Shown here: piece by piece, positions 1 through 14,481 of the stretch | Layout: each line of letters begins with the position of its first letter | Numbering within the stretch: the stretch's first letter is position 1 | NCBI GenBank assembly: GCA_951406725.2 | Contig: OX597816.1 | Span: 63,364,001-63,428,000, forward strand | Source of the DNA: Octopus vulgaris | Taxonomy: Eukaryota | Direction: 5' to 3' | Length of the DNA: 64,000 nt | The notes under the pieces: model-generated | Told to the model about the DNA's origin: nothing | What the model saw: only the letters and a program-made list of their open reading frames with translations | Database searches by the model: none | Program-made: the position numbers and the translations under genes

Positions 1-251
1 TTGATAGCCCTTTCAGACTCAATGTTAAGCAATGTATTTGTCTGTTTTCCTGAAACAGTGAGGCTCAATTCAAGGGAGGGTTAGTCACTTTTCTATTTCT
101 AGAATTTTACTGCTTATTTCTCTTAGATCAAGCAATCATGTACAGAGCCCACTCCTTTTTTTTTTCTTTTTTCTTTTTTTTTTTCACTGCTGTTTTCATT
201 CCTTGCAACCTCTTGGAGATACAAGGAATATGATATGAGAAGAATCTCATA

Positions 252-315
252 AACTGTTTTGTAAAATATATATCAGTGCAACTCTCTGTAACTGGTTGAA
301 ACTTAAGTCACAGTT
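252..315 (+). ncRNA. Degenerate type-I hammerhead ribozyme-like motif (core decayed)
   Basis: Stem I AACTGT/ACAGTT, stem II ATCAGT..ACTGGT, then GAAAC-TTAA-GTC with palindromic stem III ACTTAAGT. The CUGANGA box is not intact. Confidence 0.4.
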
Positions 316-693
316 CCACTGACTCCAACTTGATCTCATTTATAAAAGTGATATATATATATGTATGTGTGTATGTATGTATGTATATATGAAGAGAGTG
401 GAGAGCAAGAGAGTGAGTGCATGAACAAATGAAAGAAGGTAGCACTGAACACATTTGGTTGGAGTCATATGTACATAATAACAGTTTTGACTCGACGTTT
501 CACATAGGGCACATCCACCTTGTCAGTTGTTCAAAGACAGAGGGGAGAGTTTAAAAGAAATTCTAAATGGTTTCTAGGTGTTTAAGCCTCTATTGCTTAG
601 CTACAGTCAAGTGGTTGTAATGCTATCAAAATAGTTGTTTTTTTATTATTAGTTCCTTGAGTTGATGACAGGCTACACTGTGGTATAAATTCC

Positions 694-859
694 GCCTTCT
701 GAGTTCAAATTCCGCTGAGGTCAACTTTGTCTTTCATCCTTTTGGGGTTGATTAAATAAGTACCAGTTACGCACTGGGGTCGATGTAATCAACTTAATCC
801 GTGTGTCTGTCCTTGTTTGTCCCCTCTGTGTTTAGCCCCTTGTGGGTAGTAAAGAAATA
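694..859 (+). mobile_element. 5'-truncated family A SINE with Tx1-like tail
   Basis: Body TTCTGAGTTCAAATTCCGCTGAGGTCAACTTTG...AAGTACCAGTT plus tail TGTCCTTGTTTGTCCCCTCT...AAAGAAATA, matching the full copies elsewhere in the window. Confidence 0.85.
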
Positions 860-1032
860 GTTATATATATATATTTAATATATGTACATATGTGAATATA
901 TATATATATAATATATGTATGTATATGTTTCTATGTTTGTATATATATATATGTATATTTGTATATATATATAGATATATTTGTATGTATGTATATATAT
1001 ATGGATACATGTGTATATGTATGCACAGACAA

Positions 1033-1077
<45 letters not shown>

Positions 1078-1614
1078 TGCACATATATGTGTTGGAGTTG
1101 TACTTGCTTGAGGGAGACTGTGTAGCCGAATAGTTAAGAAGTTTGCTTCAGATTCATGAAGTCCTATCCTAGGTTCAATATCACCATATGGCATCTTGGT
1201 AGCCAGAAACTGTGCTGAAACCCAACAGATAGATTGTAAATGTAATTCAAAGCTACGGCATTGTCACACCTTGTGTCATGCCAATTCTGCCTGAGAATTA
1301 AGTGAAGTGTATATGCGTCTGTGAAATGGTCAGACAAGTGAGTATTAAACATCAAAACTAATTAGATGATATTGTTGTTTGGTAATTGACCAGATCTGAG
1401 GCAGCGCTTTTGAAACTGAGATACTTATATCATTAAAGCATTAACATAAATTACTTTTCTGCAATGGATTAATAGATTTCTCAGAATCACTCCTATGCCT
1501 TTTTATTATTATTGGTTGGAGGTTCCATGTGTTTTTGGTTAAACTAAACAAACTAAAGGATTGAAAGTAAAAAACAAATTATTATTATTATTATTATTAT
1601 TTTTATTTTTATTA

Positions 1615-2999
1615 TTAAGCCAGATAAAATGCTTCACAACATGTCTTCTGGTTGGTTTTACATTCTGAGTTCAAATTCCATTGTGGTTAAATTGCCTTTC
1701 ATCCTTTCAGGGCCAATAAAATAAGTACCAGTTGACTACCCAGGGTCAATGTTATCAAGAAGTCCCCTACCCACAAAATTTCCCACCATGTTCCTAGAGT
1801 AGAAAAAATTATTATTGTTATTATTAAGGTGCCAAACTATTGGAAACATTACCATGCCAGACAAAAGACCTCACAGCATGTCATCCATCCTTACATTCTG
1901 AGTTCAAATTAAGCTACAGTTGACTTTACCTTTCATCTTTTAGGGGTCCATAAGTACTAGTCAAGGTCTGGAGTCAGTGTATCCCCCAAAATTTCTGGCC
2001 TCCTGCCTATAGTATAAAGAATTATTAATTTTTGTATTGTCCCTCTCATCCTTCGCCCTTGTGGCAAATAAATGAAATAATAATAATTATTATTATTAAG
2101 GTATTGGATTGACAGAATTATTAGAGCATTATCCAAGATGCCTTATGGTATTTAGTTGTTGCTCAAGTCTTCATGAGATCAACTTTGACTTTCCTCCAGG
2201 GTTGATAAAACGAAATACCAGTCATATAACGGGATCACAGTTCTGTGTCTTTTTTCATAGTCTTTATCATTTCTTTCTTCCCTTCACTCGTATCATTGTC
2301 TCAAATGGGGTTTTTTTTCCGCAGAATTGGTATTTCATTTGGATCTATGCATTTTGAGTTCAAATTCTGCCATGGTCAGCTTTTGTTTTTCATCTCCTTC
2401 CAAGGCTGATAAAACACAGTACCATAATACTGGACATCAATTTGTCATTTTCCCTTCCTACAAATGAGTACCAGTCGAGCACTAGAAGCAATTGTAATGA
2501 ACTTGACCCTTCACCTTAAAATTGCTGGCTGTGTGCCAAAAGTGGAAATCATTATTATTATTATTGAAAGGTGTGATGCCTTAGTGTGTATACACATGCA
2601 TACATCTAAGAACATATATATATATATATATAAACAGATTCTGCTTGTAAGTACTATTGTGTCCTTTGGTCAAATTCTTCTTCATTATGTATTTAGTACT
2701 ATACTTTGTTTTAGTCACTAATGCCTAGTCCAGGCTGGAGTACCACCTTCATGAGCAATTGAATTATTATTATTATTATTATTAAGGCAGCAAGCTGACA
2801 GAGTTTTCAGCATGAAGGATAGAATACTTAGTGGTATTTCGTCTGTCACTACGTTCTAAGTTCAAATTCTGCTGAGGTTGACTTTATCTTTCATCATTTT
2901 GGGGGTCGATATATTCGACTAGTCCCCTACAAAGAATTTTCAGGCCTTGTGCCTTTAGTAGAAAGGATTATTATTACTATTATTATCATTATTATCATG

Positions 3000-3037
<38 letters not shown>

Positions 3038-3260
3038 GGTGGTGTGCTGGTAGAATTGTTACCATACCTAACAAAATGATTAGCAGTATTTTCCCAACTT
3101 TTTACATTCTGTATTGAAATTTTGCTGAGGTCATCTTTGTCTTTCATTCTTTTGGGTTTGATAATTAATTAAGTACCAGTTGAGCAATGGGATTGATGTA
3201 ATTAACTTCACCCTCCCTTCAAAATTTCTGGCTTTGTACCAAAATTAGAAAGAAATATTA
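1615..3260 (+). mobile_element. Cluster of old family A SINE copies separated by (ATT)n
   Basis: Repeated TTCTGAGTTCAAATT...TTTCATCCTTT...AAGTACCAG bodies ending in ...GTAGAAAGG or ...CCAAAA followed by ATTATTATT. Confidence 0.8.
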
Positions 3261-5778
3261 TTATTGTTATTTTTATCATCATTAAATAATAGAAAGAAAA
3301 ATTATTGTAATGTACATTGTCGGGTATTGTGCTGTGACAATAAATAGAGGCTGTTGGTAAGCAAAATCTGCAAAAGGGTTTCAGTTCTTATGAGGAACCG
3401 CTATCAGTAAAGCCTTGGGAAAAAATGCATGAATGTCACCTGTCCTCCATTTTCTCTCTCCAATATATATATATATGTATGTATATATTTACATTTATAT
3501 CCCATATGAATCTGAGGTGCCATGTCTATCTAAGAATTCATAATTATTATTGTTATTATTAATTTCTTTTTTGTTTTCAAATATCAAACCATTTTAATGG
3601 GTTGTTTTCTTTGATTTTATTTTTGTTGTTTTTTTTAAAACTTTTGGTGATGTTTTTGAGAGTTGAAAGATACAAAGAAAAAAACAAAGAAATTATTGAA
3701 TGCATGTGTTGTTTGTTTTATTTTTGTTTGTATTGTTTTTTCTTTATTGTTGTGGCTTTTATCCTTTGTCAGTTTACAATATGACAGAAAATACATATAC
3801 ATAACTCTGTGTGTATGCTATGTATACACACATTTGTGAGTGTGTGTATGTATATCCATCTATCTATCTATCTATCTATTGTATATCTTCCTGTTGTTAA
3901 AATAACACTGGTGCTGGTGGTGGTGGTAGCAACTTGGGTGTGGTGAGGTGAAGGAAAAAAGAAAGAGTAGAAGAAGGACAACCAAAAGGGGAATGACAGA
4001 GAGAGAGAGAGTGTGTGTGTGTGAGAGAGAGACACAGAGAGAAAGTAGAAGTCAATGTGGTAATGTGAAAGAGTGACTGTTTATATGACAGAGAGAAGGG
4101 GAGAGGAAAATTGAGGAGAGATGGGGAAAAGAATAAAATGTGAGAAGGAAAATTTGAAGATAAAGAGAAAGGCAGGGCTAGACAAAATCTGAAACAAAAT
4201 AAATTGAGGGGGAGAGAGAGAATGAATGTTTGTGGATCAAATGGAGATAAGAGAGCCGTAAAAGAAATTTGGAAGAAATAAAGAACAAAAAAATGTGTAG
4301 CGAAATAATGAAATTAATGTACAATATAAAAAAAAAGAAAAAAAAAATTCTGTCTTTTTTCTGTCTCTCTGTGTTTTATATGAGATAGAAGGTAACCAAG
4401 ATTTCAGCAAGGAGCAGAGGGAATGAATGTGGTTTTATTGGAAAAACATATTTTTCAAGAAATATGATCATTTTTATTATTATTCAGCGCTTTTAAGAAA
4501 TGTTAGTTAATGTTTGAACATATATGTTATCTTGGCCAGAAAAATAGTAATGATATATCTTGAAAATTATTTAATATTTTAAAACTGAATTTTTATATTT
4601 AAAAAATAAATGGTTTAATAATCAATATCTGTTAATGACGACTTCCATCTCTCAGCATACTTTTGGCAAATCTCTTATTGACAATTCCTTTCTGTGGCTG
4701 TTGAGAACCAGCAAGTATTTAAGGGGTATTTAACGCTAAAATTACTTGCGCCAACAGTTCTTCTCCAAAAATTAAAATTTTCAACACTAGAAAAGAAAAT
4801 GTTAATATTTGAATACAAACACACTCTGTGTGTGTATTTGTGTACAAGTGTGCACATGATCCTTATTTAATCCTACAAACCCTAAATAAATATGAAGAGG
4901 GTGGGGAACATTATTGGCAAGTCTAAAAAGACGACTGAAAACATTGCAGTAACCAATAGAGATATTTTGAAGTTGTTGAAGCATAAAAACCTTCTGAGTT
5001 AATCCAGACTCATGATTCTCTCATTTTCTGTATACAGTTAATAGCATTTGAAGCATTGAATTTTATTACTGAAAAAGCATTAACGAGTTAGGTTCGTTAA
5101 CTCTTTGCCTGTCCTGTGTGTCACATCTGATACCCAAGACACATCTCCCTGGTGTCCTTGCATCATATATCATACACATTCTCACATTTCTTTTTCTTCA
5201 ACCGCTAAGGTAACTTGGGTTACTTGTGACTTAGGAAAGCCTTATATAACTCAGAATATATGAAACAAGGGTTAATTAAAAGTCTAAAGCATGGATGCTT
5301 AGGACAAACTCAAGGAAAGGCTTTGTACTGGCAAATGATTAAACAGTCAGAATTGTTACCTAGCTTTAGGAACAGTGATTCTTTAAATGGTATTCAGCAA
5401 AAATATATTCACGTACATTTTCCTTCTCTGCTATTACTAGATGGGATTTGAATCAGAGATTTGTGAATCAAGTAAAGAAATGATTTTTAAAGCAAAATGC
5501 AATAGCTACAGGCCAGATAGATTATATTATTCAGTGACTCATGATTATGATATTCATATTACCTGGACTATAGACCTCCTGGGCAGTAGCAGTACACATT
5601 CTATGTATGTATATCAAACGGAATATGTACAGTGAGGTTGGGCACACACACACACACACACACACACACATGGATAGCAGATATGAATATTAATCAGATG
5701 TAGTGTTACATAACTGAATATTTGTTCTACAAAATCTATGTATACATGTATGTGTGTGTGTGTTATATATATATATAT

Positions 5779-6165
5779 AGGCACAGGAGTGGCTGTATGG
5801 TAAGAAGTTTGCTTCCCAACCACATGGTTCCAAGTTCAGTCCCACTGCTATAGTGTCTTCTACTATAGCCTTGGGCCGACCGAAGCCTTGTGCACAGATT
5901 TGGTGAATGGAAACTGAAGCCACTCATATATATGTATATATCTATGTGTGTATGTGTCTACCCCCCCCCCCCCCCATCACTGCTTGACAACCAGTGTTGG
6001 TGTGTTTACATTCCTGTAACTTAGCAGTTTGGCAAAACAGACTGATAGAATAAGTACTAGACATAAAAAAACAAATCCTGAGGTTGATTTGTTCGACTAA
6101 AACCCTTCACGGTTGTGCTCCAGCATGGCCACAGTCAATGCCTGAAAGAAGTAAAAGAATAAAAG
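5779..6165 (+). mobile_element. Family B tRNA-derived SINE with internal microsatellite
   Basis: Head GGCACAGGAGTGGCTGTATGGTAAGAAG, B-box-like GTTCAGTCCC, internal (TA/TG)n and tail CTCCAGCATGGCCACAGTC...GTAAAAGAATAAAAGA; multiple copies in the window. Confidence 0.85.
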
Positions 6166-6172
6166 AACATAC

Positions 6173-6206
<34 letters not shown>

Positions 6207-6981
6207 GTAAAATATATAGATGTATATGTATGTTTATATATTTATGAGCATGCGTGTGTGGTTGCAATGAATTGAGAAGCTGTAATGCTATTCTTTTCTT
6301 CTTTCTTCTCTTTCGGTTGGACATCGTTTCAGAAACCATCCACTGTTTGAAAACAATAGCTATCATTAGTGGAACGGTAACATTTCTCTCAGTAACCAGA
6401 TGCCATTCTGTGACAATAGCTTAGCATTGAAGGATTAAAAAAAAAAAGAAGAAAAAATACGGAAAAAGGGTTTTCCGTTCTGTGATAAATAGAACAAATT
6501 AAAGCAAAACGGGATTCAAAGTCAATGTTTTGTGTTTTTGAAATTAGAATTAGGTTTATAGAACAATGTAATAAAACACAATATATTATCATTTTTTGCC
6601 CCCCTCTTTTAACACCCTATAAAATGTTTATTGTTAAAACCCTATAATCATGCTGTGGATTTAACATTCAGAATTATGTGTTGTAATGAAGCCTATAAAA
6701 TATATTGTTGTTCAGCTTCATATCAGCTTTAGTTAAGAAGACCTTTGATCAAAGACATCCAAACCGTGATCATCTGCTCTTATTTTATATACAGCTCTAC
6801 CTTGCCCTTTGTGTATTTAGAGGGGTTATTTTAGAGTATTTGGTTGCTATTTCAAGCTGGTTAAGTGACTGCTAAAAGATTCAATCGTTGGTTCTTTATT
6901 AAGAATATAGCTTACATTAGTATATATAAACAAAAATGACTGAATCTACATAATAATCATACACAGCTGAGTGTTCGAGAC

Positions 6982-7016
6982 TTGATATACAGCCAAACTG
7001 CTTGGCTGTATATCAA
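6982..7016. repeat. Perfect 15-bp hairpin
   Basis: TTGATATACAGCCAA-actgc-TTGGCTGTATATCAA. Confidence 0.85.
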
Positions 7017-7084
7017 ACTCAGTGGGTGTCGATGTCAGTTGATGCATATTTCATATACCAAATATGACAGCTTATCAAGCATTG

Positions 7085-7130
<46 letters not shown>

Positions 7131-7274
7131 TTGATATGATTACATTGCATATGCTATCACTTTGAGGATTTTTACATAACCAGGTTCAGCTGCAAACTTG
7201 ATCTATTTCACTGTATAATCACATGAAGTTACATTCTAAACATGTTTTCCTATCAAACAACAATAGCTGTATAA

Positions 7275-7324
7275 TGAAACCTGATGAAGATTTGTGCACG
7301 TTCTCCTATAGAACGTTGTTTTCA
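7275..7324 (+). ncRNA. Degenerate hammerhead ribozyme-like motif
   Basis: TGAAAC-CTGATGA-...-GAACGTT-GTTTTCA: intact CUGAUGA, stem I present, GAAA box one A short, stem II weak. Confidence 0.4.
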
Positions 7325-7449
7325 CTCTATAAACTCAGCTGTCTGTTCAGTATTTGTTGCTATTAAATGAAGTCATAATGAAAACTTAACTTTTATGCTT
7401 CAGTCACAAAAGTTATGATGACATGTATGATCTTTCTTGTGACCTTTAA

Positions 7450-7668
7450 CCCTTTTGTTACCAACCCGGCTGAAACCAGCTCTGGCTCTGAGTACAAATG
7501 TCTTATTTACATAAGTCTTGAATTAGAATCTTCCACCAAACCTTAGTCACAATTTATGTTCCTAACACTAGCTGAATGATAAATAAGTTATTTTACTAAA
7601 TTCTTTGTTATATTTAAAATTAATTGAAAGAAACTGAGCATCTCAACAGAAATATGGTAACAAAAGGG
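7450..7668. mobile_element. piggyBac-type MITE, copy 1
   Basis: TTAA TSDs (7446-7449, 7669-7672); TIR CCCTTTTGTTACCA/TGGTAACAAAAGGG. Confidence 0.85.
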
Positions 7669-7699
7669 TTAAAATATATAATAGAGAAAAAATTCTTAA

Positions 7700-7921
7700 C
7701 CCTTTTGATACCAACTTGCCTGAAACTGCTTAAGGCTCTGTAGTACAAATGTCTTGTTTTAATAAGTCTTGAATTAGAATCTTCCACCAAACCTTAGTCA
7801 CAGTTTATGTTCCTAACACTAGCTGAATGATAACTAAGTTATTTTACTAAATTCTTTGTTATATTTAAAATTAACTGAAAGAAAGACAGAGCATCTCAAA
7901 ATAAATACAGTAACGAAAGGG
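7700..7921. mobile_element. piggyBac-type MITE, copy 2
   Basis: TTAA TSDs; TIR CCCTTTTGATAC/GTAACGAAAGGG; internal sequence nearly identical to 7450-7668. Confidence 0.85.
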
Positions 7922-8189
7922 TTAAGATAGATGTGAAGTGTAAGCTAAGGAAGAAAAATAAAACTCATACCTTAGTATACTTGTATGAAGCAATCAAACT
8001 CAAGATATCAAGTTCTCTCCTCAACCTCGAAAAAAACAGAATAAAAAAAGGAAACATCTTCTCTCATGCTTGCCACAGAGGGGACTCAGCTAGAGCACCC
8101 GAAGACTAGTTTTGGGGTGTTAAACCAAGTGATGTGTTTTGTCTAATATTGCTCAAATGCATATTACTCATAACAGTTGTTTGGCAAAT

Positions 8190-8345
8190 CATCATCATTT
8201 AATGTCTGTTTTCCATGCTGACATGGGTTGTACAGATTGACAAGAGCTGGTGAGCCAGTGGACTACACCAAGTCCAATGTCTGCTTTGGCATGGTCTTTA
8301 CAATTGGATGCCAACCACTTTACAGAGCGAACTGGGTGTCTTTTT
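8190..8345 (-). mobile_element. Decayed retroposon 3' fragment ending in (GAT)n (family D-related)
   Basis: ATCATCATCATTTAATGTCTGTTTTCCATGCTGACATGGGTTG is the reverse complement of the family D 3' end. Confidence 0.6.
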
Positions 8346-8582
8346 CATAGCCACCAACTCCAGTGGGGTCACCAAGAAATTTACAAGAAAACATTCCTTG
8401 GATGATCAGGATGTAGTATTAAGGGAAGTGTCTTTATGTCAGGTGATGAGAGACTAAATTATAATAGAGGTACAGGAACAAGTAGCTTATTATAGGGAAG
8501 AAACATGGTTACTTCAGTTGGGGAAGAGAGAAACCAAATATTACACAGGCAATTATTTTATTACCATATACATATTCAAACT

Positions 8583-8875
8583 GTGGAGGCACAATGGCCC
8601 AGTGGTTAGGGCAGCAGACAGGCGGTTGTAGGATGGCAGTTTCAATTCCCAGACAGGGCATTGTGAGTGTTTATTGAGCGAAAACACCTAAAGCTCCAGC
8701 AGGCGGTGGCGGCAATCCCTATTGTACTCTTTCGCCGCAACTTTCTCTCAGTCTTTCTTCTGTTGGCCTGCTCGCTTAGCCAGCGGGGTGGCGTCATTTG
8801 AAGGCTAAAACAATGTGAAGCGCATTGGGACCAGCGATGTGTAGCAACATCTGATAGCCTGGTTGGTCACGGTGA
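8583..8875 (+). mobile_element. Family C tRNA-derived SINE
   Basis: A box TGGCCCAGTGG, B-box-like GTTTCAATTCC, then TTGAGCGAAAACAC. Confidence 0.7.
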
Positions 8876-9115
8876 TATATATTCAAACTAGTATTCTCAT
8901 ATTCATTTCTATAGTTACAGCATTTCTACTGTTGTACCTTCTGGCCTTGGAATTTTGGCCCAAACTCATTTAATCCACAGGGTAGGTTGTTCTCATTCTA
9001 TTCTCCACCCAAGGAATACTTGACTTTTGGAATTATAACCAGCAAGATAAGGACACTAGCCCGAATATATTTGTGCATGCCTGTCTTCATTTATTATCGG
9101 TATTTGATTCCATTA

Positions 9116-9346
9116 AGGCAACGAGCTGGCCGAAACGATGGTACGCCGGGCGAAATGCTTAGCAGTATTTCGTCTGCTGCTACGTTCTGAGTTCAAATTC
9201 TGCTGAGGTCGACTTTGCCTTTCATCCTCCGGGGTCAATTAAATAAGTACCAGTTACGCATTGGGGTCGATATAATCAACTTAATCTGTTTGTCTGTCCT
9301 TGTTTGTCCCCTCTGTGTTTAACCCCTTGTGGGTAGTAAAGAAATA
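9116..9346 (+). mobile_element. Full-length family A SINE with Tx1-like tail
   Basis: 17-bp TSD GGTATTTGATTCCATTA at 9099-9115 and 9347-9363; central GTCGACTTTGCCTTTCATCC...AAGTACCAG resembles the Meta domain as I recall it. Confidence 0.92.
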
Positions 9347-10320
9347 GGTATTTGATTCCATTATGCACTGTGCTGAATGAATCAGTGATAAAGGAATTGT
9401 TGAACATATGGAAAAAAATTTGTTTTGTTCCAAGACCTTAAGTTGTCCCAAGCATTATGGATGGTCATTGAGGTATGTTTTTGCTGTCCAAACAGAATCT
9501 TGGACTGGTCACCTGCTTGTGTTATCACAGATCAATTCACAATTAGCCATGTTATCCTGGATCAGTAATAAATGAGAATAAATGTGTAATAATGATAATT
9601 CCCCATCAGCTCAGAAATCTAAATAAACAATATTGAGATTTATTTTGCAATATTGCCTAATTGAATTTTACCTTTGAATAAACAGATGAAAATTTATGCC
9701 CTTTATATTCTGGATTGACAACTGAATTAAATTTGTGCAACTAATGGTTATATTCCAAATGGATTCGGATTTTATGGTAGGTTCGCAGACATGGGATTTA
9801 TATTAAATATCTGGGGCCTGGTGCAGCCTCCTGACTTCCCAGACCCCAGTCGAACCGTCCAACACATACTAGCATGGAAAGCGGACGTTAAATGATAATG
9901 ATGATCATCATCATATAATCAATGGGAGTCAAACATAATTCTTATATATAATAAGCATCATGTCAGTACACTATCTTGTTGCATCTTTAAACACTAGTTC
10001 TTCATTCTTCATTACTGATACTAGTGTAATGGCATGTGACCTGGTGGTTAAGGTGTTGCTCTCTTGATAGTGAGAGTGTGGGTTCAGTTCATGGACCGAT
10101 TGGTGTGATATGTTCTTGAGCAAAGCACTTAATCTCATGTTATTCTGTGATCACTTCAACATCTGATATGTGGCTCACTATACACTTGTCTCACAGAAAG
10201 AGTGAGTTAAATTTCAGTTCAAACATTCGATCACTATTAACAAAATCATTTGCTCAGAAATTGCAACACCATCTTTCTTAGATTTGAGAGACCACTACAA
10301 TGATTATTATCATTATTATT

Positions 10321-10607
10321 AAGGTGGCAAGCTGGCCGAATCATTAGCATACCAGGTGAAATGCTTAGTGGTATAGGCGACGAGCTGGCAGAATCGTTAG
10401 CATGCTGGGCGAAATGCTTAGCGGTATTTCGTCTGCTGCTACGTTCTGAGTTCAAATTCCGCTGAGGTCGACTTTGCCTTTCATCCTTTTCGGGTCGATA
10501 AATTAAGTACCAGTTACACACTGAGGTTGATGTAATCGACTTAATCCCTTTGTCTGTCCTTGTTTGTCCCTTCTACATTTAGCCCCTTGTGGGCAATACA
10601 GAAATAA
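10321..10607 (+). mobile_element. Family A SINE nested in the head of another family A SINE
   Basis: Head 10321-10374 ends at TGGTAT and is followed by a complete copy with Tx1-like tail. Confidence 0.85.
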
Positions 10608-13125
10608 AGGAACTGATGGGCCTAAGGACTGCATTGTGCTCCAAAGTCTGCTTTGTCATTGTCTGTTTACAGCTGGATACCTTTCCTTATGCCAACCCTT
10701 TTACAACATGTTCTGGGTGCTTTTTTCATGTCACTAGCAGTACAGAGGTCACTGGGCAGCTTGTAAAACTATGAGCCCCAAGGGAAACAATTTTATGCTG
10801 AGTGGTAAGGAGTAAAATATGAGGGACAAAGGTAAGAAACAGGTTTCTTGATGTAGAGGAGCTACACAACTACTTATATGTTAGAAGAGTGGGTAGGATT
10901 GAAGGGGTGGCGTTGTAAAGCAAGAAAAATAGTAGTGATGAGGTGTCAGGGTGTGCCTTCGAGGTACAAGGTGGGTAGGAATAAATGGGGTGTTGGAGCC
11001 AAGAGTGAGTAGAAAAGTAGGTGACAGACAGTTTGAGGAAACAGAATTGTAATGATACCTTAAAAAAGGGGGATATGAAAAAATGGAGTGAGACAACATG
11101 CAAGGGTCGGGATCAACTCTACCTTTCATCCTATAGAAATGTTTAAAAAGACATGCCAGTGAAATGCCGGGAATAATTTAATTAACAATATTCTTTCCTA
11201 ATATATTTTTTAATTGGTCCTTATATTTAAAAAAAATCAGTTATAATTGCTTCTATTAATTACATGATCGTTACATTTAACCTTAACCAGTCTCTTCTAA
11301 ATTCAAAATATTTATCATTGGAAATATGTATAATTCACTTCAGTATACCAGACTTGGGAGACTAATAGATAAAATACTGTCAGGTGCTCTGTTATAGGCC
11401 TTTACAATTTGAGTTCAAAACCTGTGGAGGCTGGCCTCACTTTTCAATTCATTTTTTCACTGGTTTTCATGAAATAACTACCTGGCAAGTACTGAAGGAG
11501 TGTGGGTGGGGTTGGGTATTTACTCGACTCAACACCCCCTCCTCTCCCTCAATATGTATGGTCTTGTGTTCTATCTAAGGAATCATGTTATTCTAAATAT
11601 TTGATACTGAGATGTTTCTCAAACAAAGAACTTGAATTTTATCAATATAGTTATGTAGTGTGTGTGTATATATATATATATATACACACACACATATATT
11701 GTGTATTACACATAGTTTATAATATATTTATATAGCATAAAAGTTACATATATTTTATGACATATAGTCATATAAAATTTATATAGCATACAAATCTGTG
11801 AGTATGTAAAGATATATATATATATATAAATATATATATATGTATGTATGTGTGTATATATATGTATATATATATATATATAGAGAGAGAGAGATGTTTA
11901 AATATATATATAAAATGTATATATAGATATATAAAATAAATGTTTATTTATAGAGATACATATCTAAAAAGTTATTGCTGAATAATATAAACTAACTTAC
12001 AAACACTTTTAAGCATTGAAATATTTTCAAAAGTAAAATACGCATAATGAAACACGTTAGCAAAATAAAAAGAAAATGGCATAAATGAATAAATGATATC
12101 AAAAGAGATATGCTGGGCAAGAAAAGAAAAGAAAAAAAGTGGAAAGAAAATACAATATTAAAACAAGGAAGAAAAACTTAAAGAAACGAAATTGATGTAG
12201 AATATGAAGAAGCCAAATTCCAAAACCAATAATCAGCAGAAATTTCTATAACCAGAGAAAAAAATGAATTCTTCCACATCTTACCCAACCCAAAACATTG
12301 CTGGTTTTGTCAAAGACAAGAAGAATATATAATATATAGAAGATAAAGAAAAATTCATATAATATACTATGTGTGTATGTGTATATATATATATGTATAT
12401 ACAGTATTTAATTTAAGAACAGAGAGAGAAAAAAAACTTATAATTCCTAGAATGAATGTTGGAAACAACATTTATAGAAGCATACACATGATGAGTGTAT
12501 TATATAATAATGCATTTATGCATTAAATGTGTGTATATATATATATTTACACATGCACGTATATATTTATATTTATGTAAGTGCATGCATAGTAAATATA
12601 AATATATGGAAAGATGTTTTCATTATTATGGAAACAAAATGCCTGAACAAAAAAAATAATAATAATGATAATAAAAATATAGACAATAGAATATTTTTAA
12701 AGAGTATACTCTAAAATTAGGTAAACAAATACCCTAAAAGAAGAAGCCTAATATTTTCTGAAGTTACAGGAAAAGAAAATTAAGAAAAGACAAAATATAA
12801 ATATTTCTATGTAACCTGTACCAACAAAGAATTATATTAAATCATCATCATCATCATCGAAAAACTGAATGTTATAAAGCTTTAGAATATATTTCAAAGT
12901 AATATAGCTATCCGTATATCTATCTGTCTGTTTGTCTATCTATACACATATAAACATATGCATATATATATATAATATATATATTTCTAAACTGTCTGTT
13001 TGTCTGTCTGTCTGTCTATCTATCTGTCTATCTATCTACTTGTCTATCTATGCGCCTATCTATTTCTCTTTATCATCCCCCATGTGTAAGTGCATATATA
13101 TATGAATATATATCTACACATACTC

Positions 13126-13171
<46 letters not shown>

Positions 13172-13292
13172 GCAAAACTAAAAGAGAAACCATTGAATGT
13201 AGACCAGTGAAAGAGTTATCAAGTAAATATTTTTTAACAATTCTTGAGAACCACACATAATATATATATATTTATATTTATGTGTGTATGTG

Positions 13293-13351
<59 letters not shown>

Positions 13352-13692
13352 TTATGTCATACAGAATATATTCTATATATTCTGAAAAACACATTATACA
13401 TGCACATTCACACACACACACACACACACATATAAAACATTCATATGCACTCACATATACCAGTAATACATGCACACAAGTATTTCTTCTACTCTAAATA
13501 GTGTAAATACACATTGTCAAGTTCAATAATGATCTTACTGTTTGCTACATTTGCAGAAAATTCTTGTGTAACTAACAAAGGACAAACCAGTGCAGTAATG
13601 AAATTTGTCTCCATTTACCATTCAAAGACATTTCTGACACACAGCACTATAAATTATTGAAATCAGAAAAATAGTTTACCATATGAATCATT

Positions 13693-13945
13693 GTGGAGGC
13701 CTGTGGCTTAGTGGTTAGGGTGTCAGCATCATGATTGTAAGATTGTGGTTTCGATTCCTGGACCGGGCGACGTGTTGTGTTCTTGAGCAAAACTCTTCAT
13801 TTCCAATTGCTCCAGTCCACTCAGCTGGCAAAAATTAGCAACGCTGCGATAGACTTGCGTCCCGTCCAGCTGGGGAACACATACGCCACTGAAACCGGGA
13901 AACTGTGCCTATGAGCCTGGCTAGGCTTTAAAAGGGCGCATTTAT
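13693..13945 (+). mobile_element. Family C tRNA-derived SINE
   Basis: TGGCTTAGTGG A box, GTTTCGATTCC B box, GTTGTGTTCTTGAGCAAAA; (TTTA)n tail. Confidence 0.85.
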
Positions 13946-14481
13946 TTATTATTTATATGAATCATCAGACAATAATCTAAGAGTGTTGGAAGGCAGTGAG
14001 CTGGCAGAACTGTTAGTACACCACGCAAAATGCTTAGTGGAATTTTGTCTTTTTACATTCTGGGTTCAAATGCCGCCGGAGTCGGCTTTGTCTTTCATCT
14101 TTTCAAAGTTGTTAAAAGAAGTGCCAGTTGAGCTCTGGGGTTGATGCAATCAACTTAGCCCCTCACCCCAAATTGCTGGCCTTGTGCCAAAATTTTAAAC
14201 CAATATTCTATGAATGTTGTGAAGGCATATGGCTAGATCTTGGGTTTGGTTCTTAGACCGGGCAGCGTGTTGTTTTCTTGAACAAAACACTTCATGTTAT
14301 GTTGCTTCTTCAATAGGCAACAAGCTGGCAGAATCATTGCTATACCGGAAAAAATTTTTAGTATCATTTCTTCCAACTCTTATGTTCTGAGTTCAAATGC
14401 TGCTGAGGTCAACTTCGCTTCGCCCTTTCGGTGTCAATAAAATAAGTACCCATTGAGTATTGTAGTTGATTTAACTGACAT

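Noticed and set aside
5101-5271. Possible additional TTAA-flanked MITE
   Set aside because: TIRs are too degenerate to support the call
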